Source: Tubiluchus corallicola (taxonomy: Eukaryota; Animalia; Priapulida). Taken from it: 64,000 bases of DNA. Every line of letters begins with the position of its first letter. Positions within the stretch are counted from its first letter, which is position 1. Made by a program: the position numbers and the translations under genes. This document shows positions 41,342 through 54,968 of this stretch, piece by piece. The notes below the pieces were generated by a model. It was given only the letters and a program-made list of their open reading frames with translations, did no database searches and was not told where the DNA came from. The stretch is taken from positions 1 through 64,000 of the forward strand of contig JAQGDQ010002383.1 in NCBI GenBank assembly GCA_030141605.1, given 5' to 3'.

Positions 41342-41580
41342 TAGTATGTGTCCTTTTAATATTTTAAAGAGTAGATTGTTTTGACCTACAGTTTAAGATT
41401 GGGTCCGGTTTTACTTTATATAGTATGTTTCCTTTCAATATTTTAAAGAGTAGATTGTTTTGACCTACAGTTTAAGATTGGGTCCGGTTTTACTTTATAT
41501 AGTATGTTTCCTTTCAATATTTTAACGAGTAGATTGTTTTGACCTACAGTTTAAGATTGGGTCCGGTTTTTACTTTATAT
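41342..41580. repeat. ~79-bp tandem repeat x3 just upstream of chitinase ATG exon; a further copy at ~40420-40495
   Basis: Unit TAGTATGTTTCCTTTCAATATTTTAAAGAGTAGATTGTTTTGACCTACAGTTTAAGATTGGGTCCGGTTTTACTTTATA. Confidence 0.9.
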
Positions 41581-41709
41581 TATACTTTATATATTTTACT
41601 TTAATTTATAACACGGAATTATATAGAATAATTTTTGCTTGCATTACAATTTTTTTCTACTAATGATTGATAACTAACGATCATGAAAATACTCGATTAT
41701 TTTTGCAGT

Positions 41710-42888
41710 ATGCAGGGGATAGGTGTTTGCCTGGTATTGGTATTACTGGCAGGACTATCATCTACTGAAACTCAGCCAGGTAAGTATTAATTTGGTTTCA
41801 CATTTTAAATACAGTTTGACGTCGGTTAGTTAAATTATTTCGCCATTATTAGGTGTAAGACATTAAGAAAATGAACATATCTGTATCTCTATAAGTTCAG
41901 CAGTTGTTTCACTGATTGTTTGATTGGTTTTTTTCAACATGAAATTTTGACAGCAAATGTCTGGAGAATCTTAATTAACGCTGGCGCAATTTTTGGCAAA
42001 TTCTTTTTTTCATTTACGGTTTGTGTGGGATTTTGATAAAAGTAAATCAAATGTTATTGATATGAACCTTTGTTTCCGTGCCTGTGCCGTTAATGAAACA
42101 CCATTGTTTAGTAGCCAAATTAGCGATGTTACTATGTTTTAAATGTGTTAATCAGAATTTAACAATCCATTGCGATTCCTTCCATCTACGATTAACAGCT
42201 ATCTGTTGGTGAGCATAAACCGCAATCGTTTGTTAAATTCTTTGTTTTCACACTACAATCAAAGACTAATTATCCAAAACACCATATTATGGTTAGGTAA
42301 TTAGTAATTACAGTAAACAGTTAAGTGTAAGTAAACTAACAGTTCCCTTGGTTGGTGACCTAATATTATGCAATAATGAACGCTAATCCTAAAGAATTTT
42401 AAGATACTTTTCTTTCAACTCTTTTTTTTCATAACTAAACATACATGTTTATCCACTTTTGCTAGCTTCAAGCGGAAAATTAATTTTTTTTCTTCCTTTG
42501 ACTCTAGGTCCTCATAATATTAATTTTAAATACGTAAAGGTTAAATTATTATTAAAAGATAGGCACGTGTGTCTCTTCTTTCCCATTATTGAACATTATT
42601 TTATTATAAACTAACACATTCGTATAACGTTCAATTTTCATTCGTCTTAAATGCAAAATCTGATAATTTTTTATTATCTGATACATGCGCATTAACTAAT
42701 TAATTATATTAGTAACAATTCTGAGAGGGTGGCTGACCTCGATGACTTATAGTTCTTTCGCCACCCTTTCACCACTAATCAATAATTACTTTTGCACTTT
42801 GTAATGTTGTATTATTGTATGTTGTATAGATTTATAAATCTGTTAGTTATGTATTTTGCTATTTTAAAAATGGTGATAAACTAATAAA

Positions 42889-42934
<46 letters not shown>

Positions 42935-45900
42935 TACTCATGGGATTGAATTAAGAACGCCCGCGTTCACACGTGTCTGTGTTGTCTAGTCATTGGTTTG
43001 AATTCCAAAGGTTTCTGGTTCAAATATATTGTGTTCACTTTACCAATAACTGATAATCTCGAATTTAAACTTATAACTAATTAGCTAATTATTTTATTTA
43101 ATTACTTTCCAGAAGTTCCAAGTCATCTTCATGACTACGATTCCTACGTGCGGTTCTGCTTTTACCCGGGGGAGGCAGCTCGACGTCCCGCGCCAGCCAC
43201 GTTCTTACCAGAAGACATCGACCCCTCAACTTGCACGCACATCGTGTTTGGATACGCCACAATATTGGATAATGAGCTGACGGCCAAGTCAGAGTCAGAT
43301 TTAGGTAAGTTGCTTGTTGCAAAGTGCTTTTGCCAATATGGTGTTATTGTTTACCATCCAAAGAAATTTCTGTGCTCATTGCGATGATGATGATGATTAT
43401 GGCGACGACGACAACGATGATGATTCAGCTTTAAGTAGAACAGACAAACAAAGCTGCAATGAGATTTTTTATTGCCCACGATAAATTACGAATTACAACT
43501 ACATAACAGAGATTAGTCACACAGGGCAACTACACGTAGCATTTTTTAATTTTTTTATATGACTGTCTTTCGTATCGAACACGCAACCTCCTGTACGGAG
43601 CTCGGACGTTTTACCTATCAGGCTACGCAGCCACTGTATTTGCCTAAGTGTTTGAAGAGAGACAGTACGACGTGACTATTAAACGAATACACAACATTGT
43701 CGTTCTGGCTATTGAGATTGCAAGCTGAGGTAAAAAGGTATCGAGGTTTAGGGACTGAAGTCGTGGACACTGGGTAGTGGGTTTTGAGTTTAAACAGGTA
43801 CTGTGGGTAGAAATACCAAAAAACGTCAGGTCTATTTTATACACTCCCGAAATACTTTTCAGATTGCACGCAAAGTGTTAAAATTACTTGAAGATCACCA
43901 GTCGAATATTCATTCACGAAAAAAGGTTTATAAATAGAAGTAAATAAGTATAATCATTTTACTAGTTTTACAATCTGTTCACAAACCTACTAAATTGACA
44001 ATATGATAAAAATCATGGTTTTTTGGTTCTTTTCTTAGAGAAGCGGTACGAAATCTCGACTTCACACTTAATCGCATTTAGATATAGATCTAGTAACTAA
44101 TTTAATCTACAGCCAAAGGGAAGAAATAAAATGAGGTCTGCAACATCTTGATGGCTCTGCTTGTTAAATGGTTTCAGCTTATCGTAGCCCCGAATGCACC
44201 ACTCATATTTTACGCCTAGCACACGAACGCAGCGCACCCTGTGCTTAACTCCCCAGCCTGTGGTATCATTGATGACTTTCTTTTCTGGCTAATTATCACA
44301 TTGGACACAATTCAATTCAATTCAATAATTTTTTATTTGGCTGATTTGCAACACAAAACATTAAACTATATACGTAATGATAGCAACAATGCGATAACAA
44401 AAACAGGTATGGTTTGAAAATTCTACAGAGTAGGATCGTGAACTTTCCAGACTCACCCCGAGACATGTCTTCTGTTCCTGAAATGGTAACTCGCGTAATT
44501 TCGTAACTTTGAAGCTCGTAGCTCTAATTTTAAATGCTTTTACTCACTTTCTGCATATAGTATTTTTTAGCACTTCTAGTTTTAGTCTAGGTAAATTTTA
44601 ATTGTATGTTTTTGTGGCTTTTATGCTGAAATAAATAGTACAATGAATGGATCAATCATAAATCAATCATTCTGACATGCTCTTCTCCTCACTTCTTAGC
44701 TTAACAAACCCAAATGAGGTTCAGTTTTAGTTATTTCAATGGCAAATAAAAAAAATTGATTTAATTTTGCTTTAATTTTGTTGCGTTTTTCCAACTTTTT
44801 TGTTAAATGATAAAGCACATAAAAATTGACGATATAAAACACATTGAAAAATCCCTGGTAAAGACCTACTTAACAATAACCAAGGTACACGGTGCAAGAA
44901 AGCAACAAACTGAACAAAGACCTGATCAAGTAAAAGTGCATTCAAAGCTGTGGTACAAGGAAAAAACCTAATGAAGCAATGAGTATTGAAGTAACTTTCC
45001 ACAAATTTTATATTTTGTCAGAATTTCAAGAGGCCATTTATGCACTTTAACCCATGTCACAAAAATGATGTGTCGCATTCATTGTTAAACCAAATTTTGA
45101 GCTAAACGTTTTTTAAAACATCGTTATTGCATTGTTTAAGACGCTGGTTGGGCTTTAAATTGCTATTTGCAGTAATACCTAACTAAAAAATCCGTTTGCA
45201 CTAACTGTTTCTGTCGAAGCATTTAATAAAATTCTTTTTTAGAATTGTTTCAGAGAATCCTGGCCCTAAAAAACCAAAATCCAGATCTGAAGGTACTGCT
45301 AGCAGTAGGCGGTTGGGCAGAAGGTTCACAGCGTTTCAGCAATATGGCGTGGTCTCTCAACTCACGTCTTACCTTTGTTAATTCTGTACTTCATTTCCTG
45401 AGACAATATGGTTTCGATGGACTAAATGTCGACTGGGAGTTTCCGGGCTACGAACGAAGAGGTGGACATCCTTCAGATAGAGACAATTTACCACTGCTCT
45501 TAGAGGTATTGATATAAAAATATTAGTAGTATTTGACAGGCTATAACACTCTAACTGCTTTGCTCTTGAAATTCATCTTTTCAAGCATTTTAAAGCAGGT
45601 TGTTAGTTCTGCTAGTTGACCGTCGGTTCTTCGTGTCTATATGGTGTAGTTTTGGCTTGAACAAATTAATGCAAAGTGAGGACTCTTCTTACCCAATATC
45701 TCTGTGTCAATTTTAAATTTATGTACAATTGTGTGTTTAATTTTTAGGAGCTTCACAAGATCTTTACGATGGAAGCCAAGTTTTCCGGCAACAATCAACT
45801 AATCTTGGCCACCACGATACCGGGCGCTAAATACTGGATAGATTTGGGTTACGACATCCCGAAAATCTCTTCGTGCGTTTATAAATACGTTTCTTATTTT

Positions 45901-48900
45901 TGATGAAAATAATTGGTACTAATAACGCTATTTAAAAGTTGAATTATCAGTGAATGATAAATTATTATGTAGAAGATAACCGCCCTGCAGGTCAAGTGAC
46001 TAACCTCAAAATTGTCCTTGAAATCTATCATCTACTACCATTAATCCTTGCAAAGCGCCTTGTGTAAAAAACATCTCTGGTTATTTGTGCTCAAAGAGAA
46101 AAAGCTTCTCATAATATTCTTGATTTCTAAATGCAGGTTTAGTGATTATTTACCAATGATGACTTATCACCTTAATGGAATATGGAACAAACACGCTGGT
46201 CATGGAAGTCCTTTGCATCCTCACTCCTACGATGTGGACAAAACTGCGAATATTGTAAGTGAAGAGGTCGCCTTTGAAATATCTTTGTTTTTAGTAATTT
46301 CAGTTAAGTGTAAGACAACTTGGAAAATCACACACAAGCAAGGGCAGCATTTTTGTGTCATGTGTGTGAAAGGGATAAATTATTGGAAAATCACGGAAGC
46401 ACTTTTGAGACTAATAGCTATGAAGATGCGGTATGATCGTTTTCCTTAGATAACCTAGTAATCTTCCATGCCATATAGTGTTCCTTGGTTTTTAGGGTAC
46501 TTGGATAACCTAATAATCTTCCATGCCATGTAGTGTTCCTTAGTTTTTAGTGTACTTGGATAACCTAATAATCTTCCATGCCATGTAGTGTTCCTTAGTT
46601 TTTAGTGTACTTAGATAATCTAATAATCTTCCATGCCATATAATGTTCCTTAGTTTTTAGTGTACTTAGATAACCTAATAATCTTCCATGCCATGTAGTG
46701 TTCCTTAGTTTTTAGGGTACTTAAATAACCTAGTAATCTTTCATGTCATATAGCGTTCCTTAGTTTTTAGTGTACTTAGATAATCTAATAATCTTCCATG
46801 CCATGTAATGTTCCTTAGTTTTTAGTGTACTTAGATAATCTAATAATCTTCCATGCCATGTAATGTTCCTTAGTTTTTAGCGTACTTAGATAATCTAATA
46901 ATCTTCCATGCCATATAATGTTCTTTAGTTTTTAGTGTACTTAGATAATCTAATAATCTTCCATGCCATGTAGTGTTCCTTAGTTTTTAGTGTACTTAGA
47001 TAATCTATTAATCTTCCATGCCATGTAGTGTTGCTTAGTTTTTAGTGTACTTAGATAATCTAATAATCTTCCATGCCATGTAGTGTTCCTTAGTTTTTAG
47101 TGTATTTAGATAATCTAATAATCTTCCATGCCATATAACGTTCCTTAGTTTTTAGTGTACTTAGACAATCTAATAATCTTCCATGCCATATAGCGTTCCT
47201 TAGTTTTTAGTGTACTTAGATAATTTAATAATCTTCCATGCCATATAGCGTTCCTTAGTTTTTAGTGTACTTAGATAACCTAAATCCTATTATCGTTGCT
47301 TTTTTTTAAGGAATTCATCGTCCAATATTGGATAAACCATGGAACGGATCCAAAGAAATTGCTGCTGGGAATTCCTCTTTTTGGACAGACTTACACTCTC
47401 CAAGACCCATCTGACCACATGTTAAATGCACCTATTGTAGGAAGTGGCAAGGCTGGACACATGTATCAACAGGAAGGAATGATGCCGTACTACGAGGTTT
47501 GTGCCCACAAAACTTTGCTTGAGCTTATTCTTATTAAGATTTTCGGCTTCTTGTGGATTGGTAAACACCAATCTTATTACTGCTTAAGTGATAGATTTAG
47601 CCAACTGAACAACTGATAATGCTTCTTGCGAATATTTTTTGAATGACTTACAGATCTACGTCTTCACTCATAATAAATGAATAAATTACGACAAAATTTG
47701 CAGATTATAAAGATTCGCAAATCTGTTTCGGAAAATTCACAAACATTTTAATGGTACCAATGTGCGGCATTTGTCACATTTGCAAATAAATAAAAATTGT
47801 GGTTTATTTCTATTAATTTTAATGACTTGCATTACTTAAATCTTTTGTAGGTGTGTTCTGAAGTGATGCCAAGCTATGAAAGCTTTTGGGTTGAAGATCA
47901 GCTTGTTCCATTTGCTTACAAAAATGACCAATGGATTGGCTACGAGGATTCAAGGAGTATTAGTGAAAAGGTAACAATCCTTTGCAGTATATTTGGACAA
48001 GTTCTAGAACTTCCATCACCAAACTTTCACTAATTTTTTTGTACGTATTGTTGACCACAGTTAGCATTCAACTGGTTACTGATCACCAACTTTTGTAATT
48101 TTTGCAACGCATTTGCATGTTATCAACGGGCCTCATTTTTCCCTGACTGACAATAGGGTTCGTCTAACTAGTTTTTGTTTGTAGGTCAAGTATGTGATCG
48201 ACAATCACCTTGGAGGCGTTATGGTCTGGGCATTAGGTTTTGATGATTTTAAAGGTCATTGTAATCATGGAAGGAATCCTCTGTTGACCACAATAAAAAC
48301 AGAATTGCTGGAAGTGACACAGGTGACCTATGTAATCCACACAAAATCTTCAAATGTTTTACAGCAGTTGCCGCACAAGTATGAAACGGGTGCAGTAGAA
48401 CCACATTATGCAACATCACATCACGGTGAGACGTACAGGCGTCATACTGTGCAACATCGGCGACACTACGTACAACATGTATCCCATCAGCAAGAAGGAC
48501 AACACCCTGTTCATGGATATGATGAGCACCATGCCTACCATGGGCACAGTCGCAGTCGCAGAGTGGAGTCATCATATTCACGGCACGGGAATTATCACGA
48601 TGCGTATCCTCATCAAACACAAGGAAGTTACATACCATATCAAGAACACGAAATGATTCCCCACGAAACGTACAATTACGAAACATATCCACACAGAGAT
48701 GCATATGAAGTCTACCCTAGCAACAGCTATCCTTATGACGCTCACAATTATGTAATATATCTGCCGGAGCAGTATGACGTGCACCCTCATCAAACACATG
48801 AGAATTACGGTGCATATTCAGCACATGGACAGTATGATGATTTCGAAGTACATCCTCGTGAAAGTTCTGAAATATATCCAGTAAACGAGCCGCATGCGTA

Positions 48901-51337
48901 CCCTTATGAAAAAAGCAATTATTACGATACTTACCCTGGGTCTGAACTCTATGAAGTTCATCCTTATGAAAGTTATGGTTATGAAACACACCCTGATGAA
49001 CTGTATGCTGAACATGGACATTATGAAGGGCATCCTCGTGAAACATACCCTGAACATGGACATTATGAAGGGCATCCTCGTGAAACATATCCTGAACATG
49101 GACATTATGAAGGGCATCCTCGTGAAACATACCCTGAACATGGACATTATGAAGTGCATCCTCGTGAAACATACCCTGAACATGGACATTATGAAGTGCA
49201 TCCTCGTGAAACATACCCTGAACATGGACATTATGAAGTGCATCCTCATGAAACATACCCTGAACATGGACATTATGAAGTGCATCCTCGTGAAACATAC
49301 CCTGAACATGGACACTATGAAGTGCATCCTCATGAAACATACCCTGAACATGGACATTATGAAGTGCATCCTCGTGAAACATACCCTGAACATGGACATT
49401 ATGAAGTGCTTCCTCATGAAACATACCCTGAACATGGACACTATGAAGTGCTTCCTCATGAAACATACCCTGAACATGGACACTATGAAGTGCATCCTCA
49501 TGAAACATACCCTGAACATGGACACTATGAAGTGCATCCTCGTGAAACATACCCTGAACATGGACATTATGAAGTGCATCCTCGTGAAACATACCCTGAA
49601 CATGGACATTATGAAGTGCATCCTCATGAAACATACCCTGAACATGGACATTATGAAGTGCATCCTCATGAAACATACCCTGAACATGGACATTATGAAG
49701 TGCTTCCTCATGAAACATACCCTGAACATGGACACTATGAAGTGCATCCTCATGAAGCGTACCCTGAACATGGACACTATGAAGTGCTTCCTCATGAAAC
49801 ATACCCTGAACATGGACACTATGAAGTGCATCCTCATGAAACATACCCTGAACATGGACACTATGAAGTGCATCCTCGTGAAACATACCCTGAACATGGA
49901 CATTATGAAGTGCATCCTCGTGAAACATACCCTGAACATGGACATTATGAAGTGCATCCTCATGAAACATACCCTGAACATGGACATTATGAAGTGCATC
50001 CTCATGAAACATACCCTGAACATGGACATTATGAAGTGCTTCCTCATGAAACATACCCTGAACATGGACACTATGAAGTGCATCCTCATGAAACATACCC
50101 TGAACATGGACATTATGAAGTGCTTCCTCATGAAACATACCCTGAACATGGACACTATGAAGTGCATCCTCATGAAACATACCCTGAACATGGACACTAT
50201 GAAGTGCATCCTCATGAAACGTACCCTGAACATGGACACTATGAAGTTCATCCTAATGAATTATATCCTCATGAAGAGTATCCTGAACATGGACACTATG
50301 AAGTGCATCCTCATGAAACGTATCCTGAACATGGACACTATGAAGTGCATCCTCATGAAGAGTATCCTGAACATGGACACTATGAAGTGCATCCTCATGA
50401 AACGTATCCTGAACATGGACACTATGAAGTGCATCCTCATGAAACGTACCCTGAACATGGACACTATGAAGTGCATCCTCATGAAACGTATCCTGAATAT
50501 GGACACTATGAAGTGCATCCTCATGAAACGTACCCTGAATATGGACACTATGAAGTGCATCCTCATGAAACGTACCCTGAACATGGACACTATGAAGTGC
50601 ATCCTCATGAAACGTACCCTGAACATGGACACTATGAAGTGCATCCTCATGAAACGTACCCTGAACATGGACACTATGAAGTGCATCCTCATGAAACGTA
50701 CCCTGAACATGGACACTATGAAGTGCATCCTCATGAAACATACCCTGAACATGGACACGATGCATATGAAAGCTATCCAGGCCACTATGATACGTATCCA
50801 TCACATGTTTCCACAGTTGGTATTCCATTTCCACACCATACAGCTTATTCTTATGAAGGGTATCCTACAAATCAATCCTATGAACAATATCCACGTAATA
50901 CTTACAACGATTATGAATTACCTGGTACTGTTGGACACGAGACATATCCCAGTAATACTCATGGGGGCGAAAGCCTTGGCCCAGTAGTTGCCCAGGAAGA
51001 GCAGAGGCCATATAATCCAGAATTGGAGGAAACAAAACTTTCGGATTCCGGTTCATCTGCTTCTGGAAGAAACGGCGCTGTGGGAATGGCTACAGAAAGT
51101 ACGCAATGTGAGGTGAAAGGACCAGGTCCCTCTTGCTCCGGACATTCGCACATGGTAATGGCAAATCCAATAAACTGTCGCAAGTACTATCTATGTCTGT
51201 GGCAGAACACACCCAATGAAATGCGTGTTCCAATGAACTGCCCGGAGGGAACAGTCTTTCATCCATTCAAATACATGTGTGATGATAAGGAAAATGTTGA
51301 TACATCCGTAATATGTAAATGTGGAGAAGAGTCGTGA
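41710..51337 (+). CDS. Secreted GH18 chitinase(-like) protein with His/Tyr-rich repeat linker and C-terminal CBM14 chitin-binding domain
   Basis: Exons 41710-41779 (signal peptide MQGIGVCLVLVLLAGLSST), 43113-43304, 45243-45505, 45748-45872, 46137-46254, 47311-47496, 47851-47970 and 48185-51337, all phase-compatible. Motifs IDPSTCTHIVFGYA, KVLLAVGGW, FDGLNVDWEFP, KLLLGIPLFG, QWIGYED, LGGVMVWALGFDDF. C-terminal C..NCRKYYLC..CPEGTVF..C..C. AATAAA near 51478. Confidence 0.93.
46446..47282. repeat. 55-bp minisatellite, ~15 units, in chitinase intron 5
   Basis: Unit CTTAGATAATCTAATAATCTTCCATGCCATGTAGTGTTCCTTAGTTTTTAGTGTA. Confidence 0.95.
49009..50758 (+). repeat. Coding 42-bp tandem repeat (~41 x PEHGHYEVHP[H/R]ETY)
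   Basis: In frame within the last chitinase exon, with no stops or frameshifts. Confidence 0.95.
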
Positions 51338-52538
51338 TATGTAGCAGTAGACTAATTTGTTTTTGTGTGCCAGTCCTTGCTGTTTACCTGTGACCATGTT
51401 TAATCCCTTTTCAAAAGTGGGAGGAATAGTGTCCTAGTAATGCTTAGCAGTATCTTTTTATTACCTAGATCATTGGAAATAAATGTAATTGACTAAAGCA
51501 GCAACCGAATTGCAACAGCGGAAAACTGATAATTTCATTTCTGCCTTTTTGAACATCATCGATCAGGTTTTATTACTTGAGGTAATATTTTTTTTAAAAG
51601 GAAACACTTGTTTTGTAGCTGAGCAGAACTTCCTTAGCCTTTCGTTTAAGACTTTGGTGCTCGGTACTCTTGCTGCTTATGCCCAAAACAACTAGACCTG
51701 CTACTGCCGGCAAAAGTATATTTTTTCCAAAGTTACTAGTAGAAGCTTTAGTGTAGTTCTATAGCTTTATTTACAGTATGTTTTAGTGATAGTATTTATG
51801 TTGCTAGTAGTTGATTTAGGCCAAAGCTACAGAGCTATAATCTGGTTTTTTTCCTTCATTAGCTGGTTCTGTTTCGATTACTTTATTCCTCAAACTGATT
51901 TTAAAAACAAGTGATTTTCTCAACATTATTATCTGTATATTCGTGCCAAAATTTGGGCATCGTTAACTTATTGATTATAATGATTTCAGTTTATAATTCC
52001 TAATACAATTTAAATTACGCGTAAGTTCAAAATTTAAATAAAAAGAATTTTTGTGCATGAAATTAATGTTATGTTGTTATAGCAACGTTCACTTTGTTGT
52101 TGATGTTTTGTCGTTTATTGTTAAGACAGAATGCATCTTTTGCATACCGTTGTTGTTATCCTTGTTAATAGTATTGTTATTATTTTTGCATAAAATTGAT
52201 TTTGAATTATGCACATTCTAAAGCGAGCAAAATGACATTAAGATTGGAGTACACTGTAAAAATGAATAAAAATTATGCCCAATAGCGTAATTTTTGTAAT
52301 TCAGTTTTATTAATAAAGCTATAATGCAAAATCGTTGAGTATTATGATAATTTTTATTATTTGTACAAAAACTACATGTTGTTATCGCAATTGTGACATT
52401 TTAAGGCCGTTTTTATATATTTGTAATAAATCTATATACAAAACTAATTCTAAGGACTTAATCCAACAGTAAAATTTAACATTGCAATTTTTTGATAACC
52501 GGAAGTAAGTAATGCTTCATGCATGCCCTGAATTTAAC

Positions 52539-54870
52539 TTAATAACAATAACATCGTTGGCCACCTACTGGACGATGTAAAGTGTTATCATGGCGAATCG
52601 GACTCGTTGAATATCCATGCTGTCGGTATTTACTGGGATGGCCGTAGCTGTAATCGTCGTTAGCATATCCGCCATTGTGATAAGTTTTCGTTGATGGATA
52701 ATCGTAGCCGTAGCCGTCGTAAGAATGGCTTAATATTGGTCGAACTATGTCGTACTTGTATAACGTTTCTGGTTGATAATATTCATGGCCTTCCCTAGGA
52801 CAAGAAGCAAAGCATTTAATTATGTTCATCGACTTGTTAATTAAACTATATTAACCCCGATGTATATACTCGGTGTAGCAATAGATGCATTTCAAAAAAA
52901 GAGTTAAAATTCAAGCGAGACCACGTGACTAAAATACACATGCAATCGCTGCAGTTGGGTGTTTAAATAAACTTGTTATTCTTTATAGTAAAATATTTCG
53001 TTAAAATATTTTTATAGTAAAAGAGAAATAAAAAGCGGTTTCTACTGAAAAATTTTCGTATGTCTACGATTTAACTTCTAATAAAGTCATAACTTACTTT
53101 ACTGATATTTTGGTAATTGGTTAAAAATATATTAACATAGCTTCTGTTTTAATAAATTTAATAATTTTACGAAGTGCACTGTAGTGACATCTATTAACGA
53201 ATAAGTTAATTAATCAGTGTTCTGTGCCCACTGCGAACCTTACAAACTGGTTTTAGGCATGATTGCGTTATCCATCGTTAAACAAGAAATTTAATAATCA
53301 CGATCAAGTGAATTTAAACAAGTGAACAGCTGTTTTAAAAGCAAACAAACTAAGTATGATTTCAGTAACACTTGATTTCAGACAATGTTGTTCATATAAT
53401 TTGCCAGATAATTACTATCAAAACAATTTGTTACTTTTTGGCGCTTGTTAAATTGCAAAACAATATAATAAGTTTCAGCCGTTTTGAATTATAACTTTAG
53501 TTTAGTTTTGTTTAGTTTTGTCTGTATGCTTACTTGTAATCGTAGTCGTAACCTCTAGATTTTGCTGAGGTCTCCTTCGCGTAGGATTTATCTTGACTAG
53601 TCAAAGTTCCGTGAGCCCGACCAGAGCGAGAAAATGAGGTTTCGCTACTTTTCTGCCCATCTCCTTCCAACTTGCCTTTGCTCACCGGTCCGTACGTTGT
53701 GGTGTGAAAATAAGTTTTTGGAGCTGGTGCTACTTTGTGATAGGCTGCTGTGTTGCCCTTATAGCCGTGTGGAACAGCACCTCCGGGAGCAAACGCCACA
53801 TCGTTCCGGTACGATGGCCCACTGGCGCTTACCATGCTAAGTACAGCAACGGCTAGAACGGCAACAAGAATCGTATCCCTGCAACGAAAATTTGCATTAG
53901 CCTTGTGTTAAGTGCACAGGTAAGAAGTGTATCATCATCATGATCATCGCCGTCGTCTTCATCGTAGTTGCATTCATCATTCGTCATTATCATCATCAAA
54001 ACAGCAGCAGCAGCAACAGCAATAGCAACAACGACAACAACAACAACAATTACTTCTACAACTACATTACTATTACTGCTACTGCTACTAAAACTACAAC
54101 AATAATTACAACAACAGTAGCATGATTAACAGTAACAACGACGGTAGCATCAGCAACAAGCAACATCAACATTATAACTACCCGGAACTGGTATTTGCCA
54201 GATGATAAAGTTCCCAACTCTTACAAGCATGGGTCTAAATTCAACTTAAAATTTGAAACAAAAACTTTTGCAAAATTTAGATTTACAGTTTAAGAACGTG
54301 GTCCTAATTCTGAATTTTCGCATCTTTTTAACATGTTTATTTAAAAAATCAATTAATTGAATAAGCTTTGAAATCAGTAATGAGCATAAGTATCCACTTT
54401 TTTAAAGAAAATTGCACAAACGTGGATGTAAAAATACGTCAAAAGCTTGTTGTGCGCTTCAGTACTAAGTTCGCACTATAATTTGCAAATTTTACAAATA
54501 AATTTACATTTCATTATTAACAAGAAGATAATATTATTAGATAACATTATTGTAATCCTTTTATAGAATATTTCAATTACAAGCTGTTATTTCGATACTA
54601 TTTTTGTAGTTTTAAACTTCAAATCAAACGTTTGCACATTTTTTTTTAAATTGATTATTTATGCTGACTGCTGAATTGAGCAAATTAGACTAGACTGCTG
54701 ATCAAAAATTTTAAACTTGCTAATAAAAAACATTTTCAGAAAATGAATAGGACTCTGTGCATCGTTAATTTATAAAGCTAGCAACTAAATGACTTTTTAC
54801 AGATTTATCAAAATCATTCAAACGTTTACATCAAGTTTTGAAATAAAAAAACAGTTACTCGCACTTACAT
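52539..54870 (-). CDS. Secreted Tyr/Gly/His/Ser-rich orphan protein (~200 aa), 3 exons
   Basis: Exons 54870-54869 (AT|gtaagt), 53878-53534 and 52794-52539 total 603 nt in frame. They encode MDTILVAVLAVAVLSMVSA (signal peptide) SGPSY...GYDYDYKEGHEYY...GGQRCYCY*. Confidence 0.75.
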
Positions 54871-54952
54871 TTTGAAGTTTTGCTCTCTGACCGTAGGCCT
54901 GCGATTGTGGAACAATTTGACAACTGTGGCAGTCGGGAAAATGTGGAAAGCA

Positions 54953-54968
54953 TTTATAGAGGCCAATT
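54953..54968 (-). promoter_or_regulatory. TATA box (TATAAA) with adjacent CCAAT motif for the secreted orphan gene
   Basis: Minus-strand TATAAA at 54958-54953, ~30 nt upstream of an initiator-like ACAGTT and ~85 nt upstream of the first donor site. Confidence 0.55.

Noticed and set aside
46446-47282. Regular repeats resembling CRISPR arrays (also 37575-38214, 49009-50758, 62219-62989)
   Set aside because: Contiguous tandem units with no unique spacers, no cas genes, and a eukaryotic context.
48717-50987. Alternative-frame and antisense ORFs of 477-697 aa
   Set aside because: By-products of the 42-bp coding repeat. Only the frame joining GH18 to CBM14 is supported.
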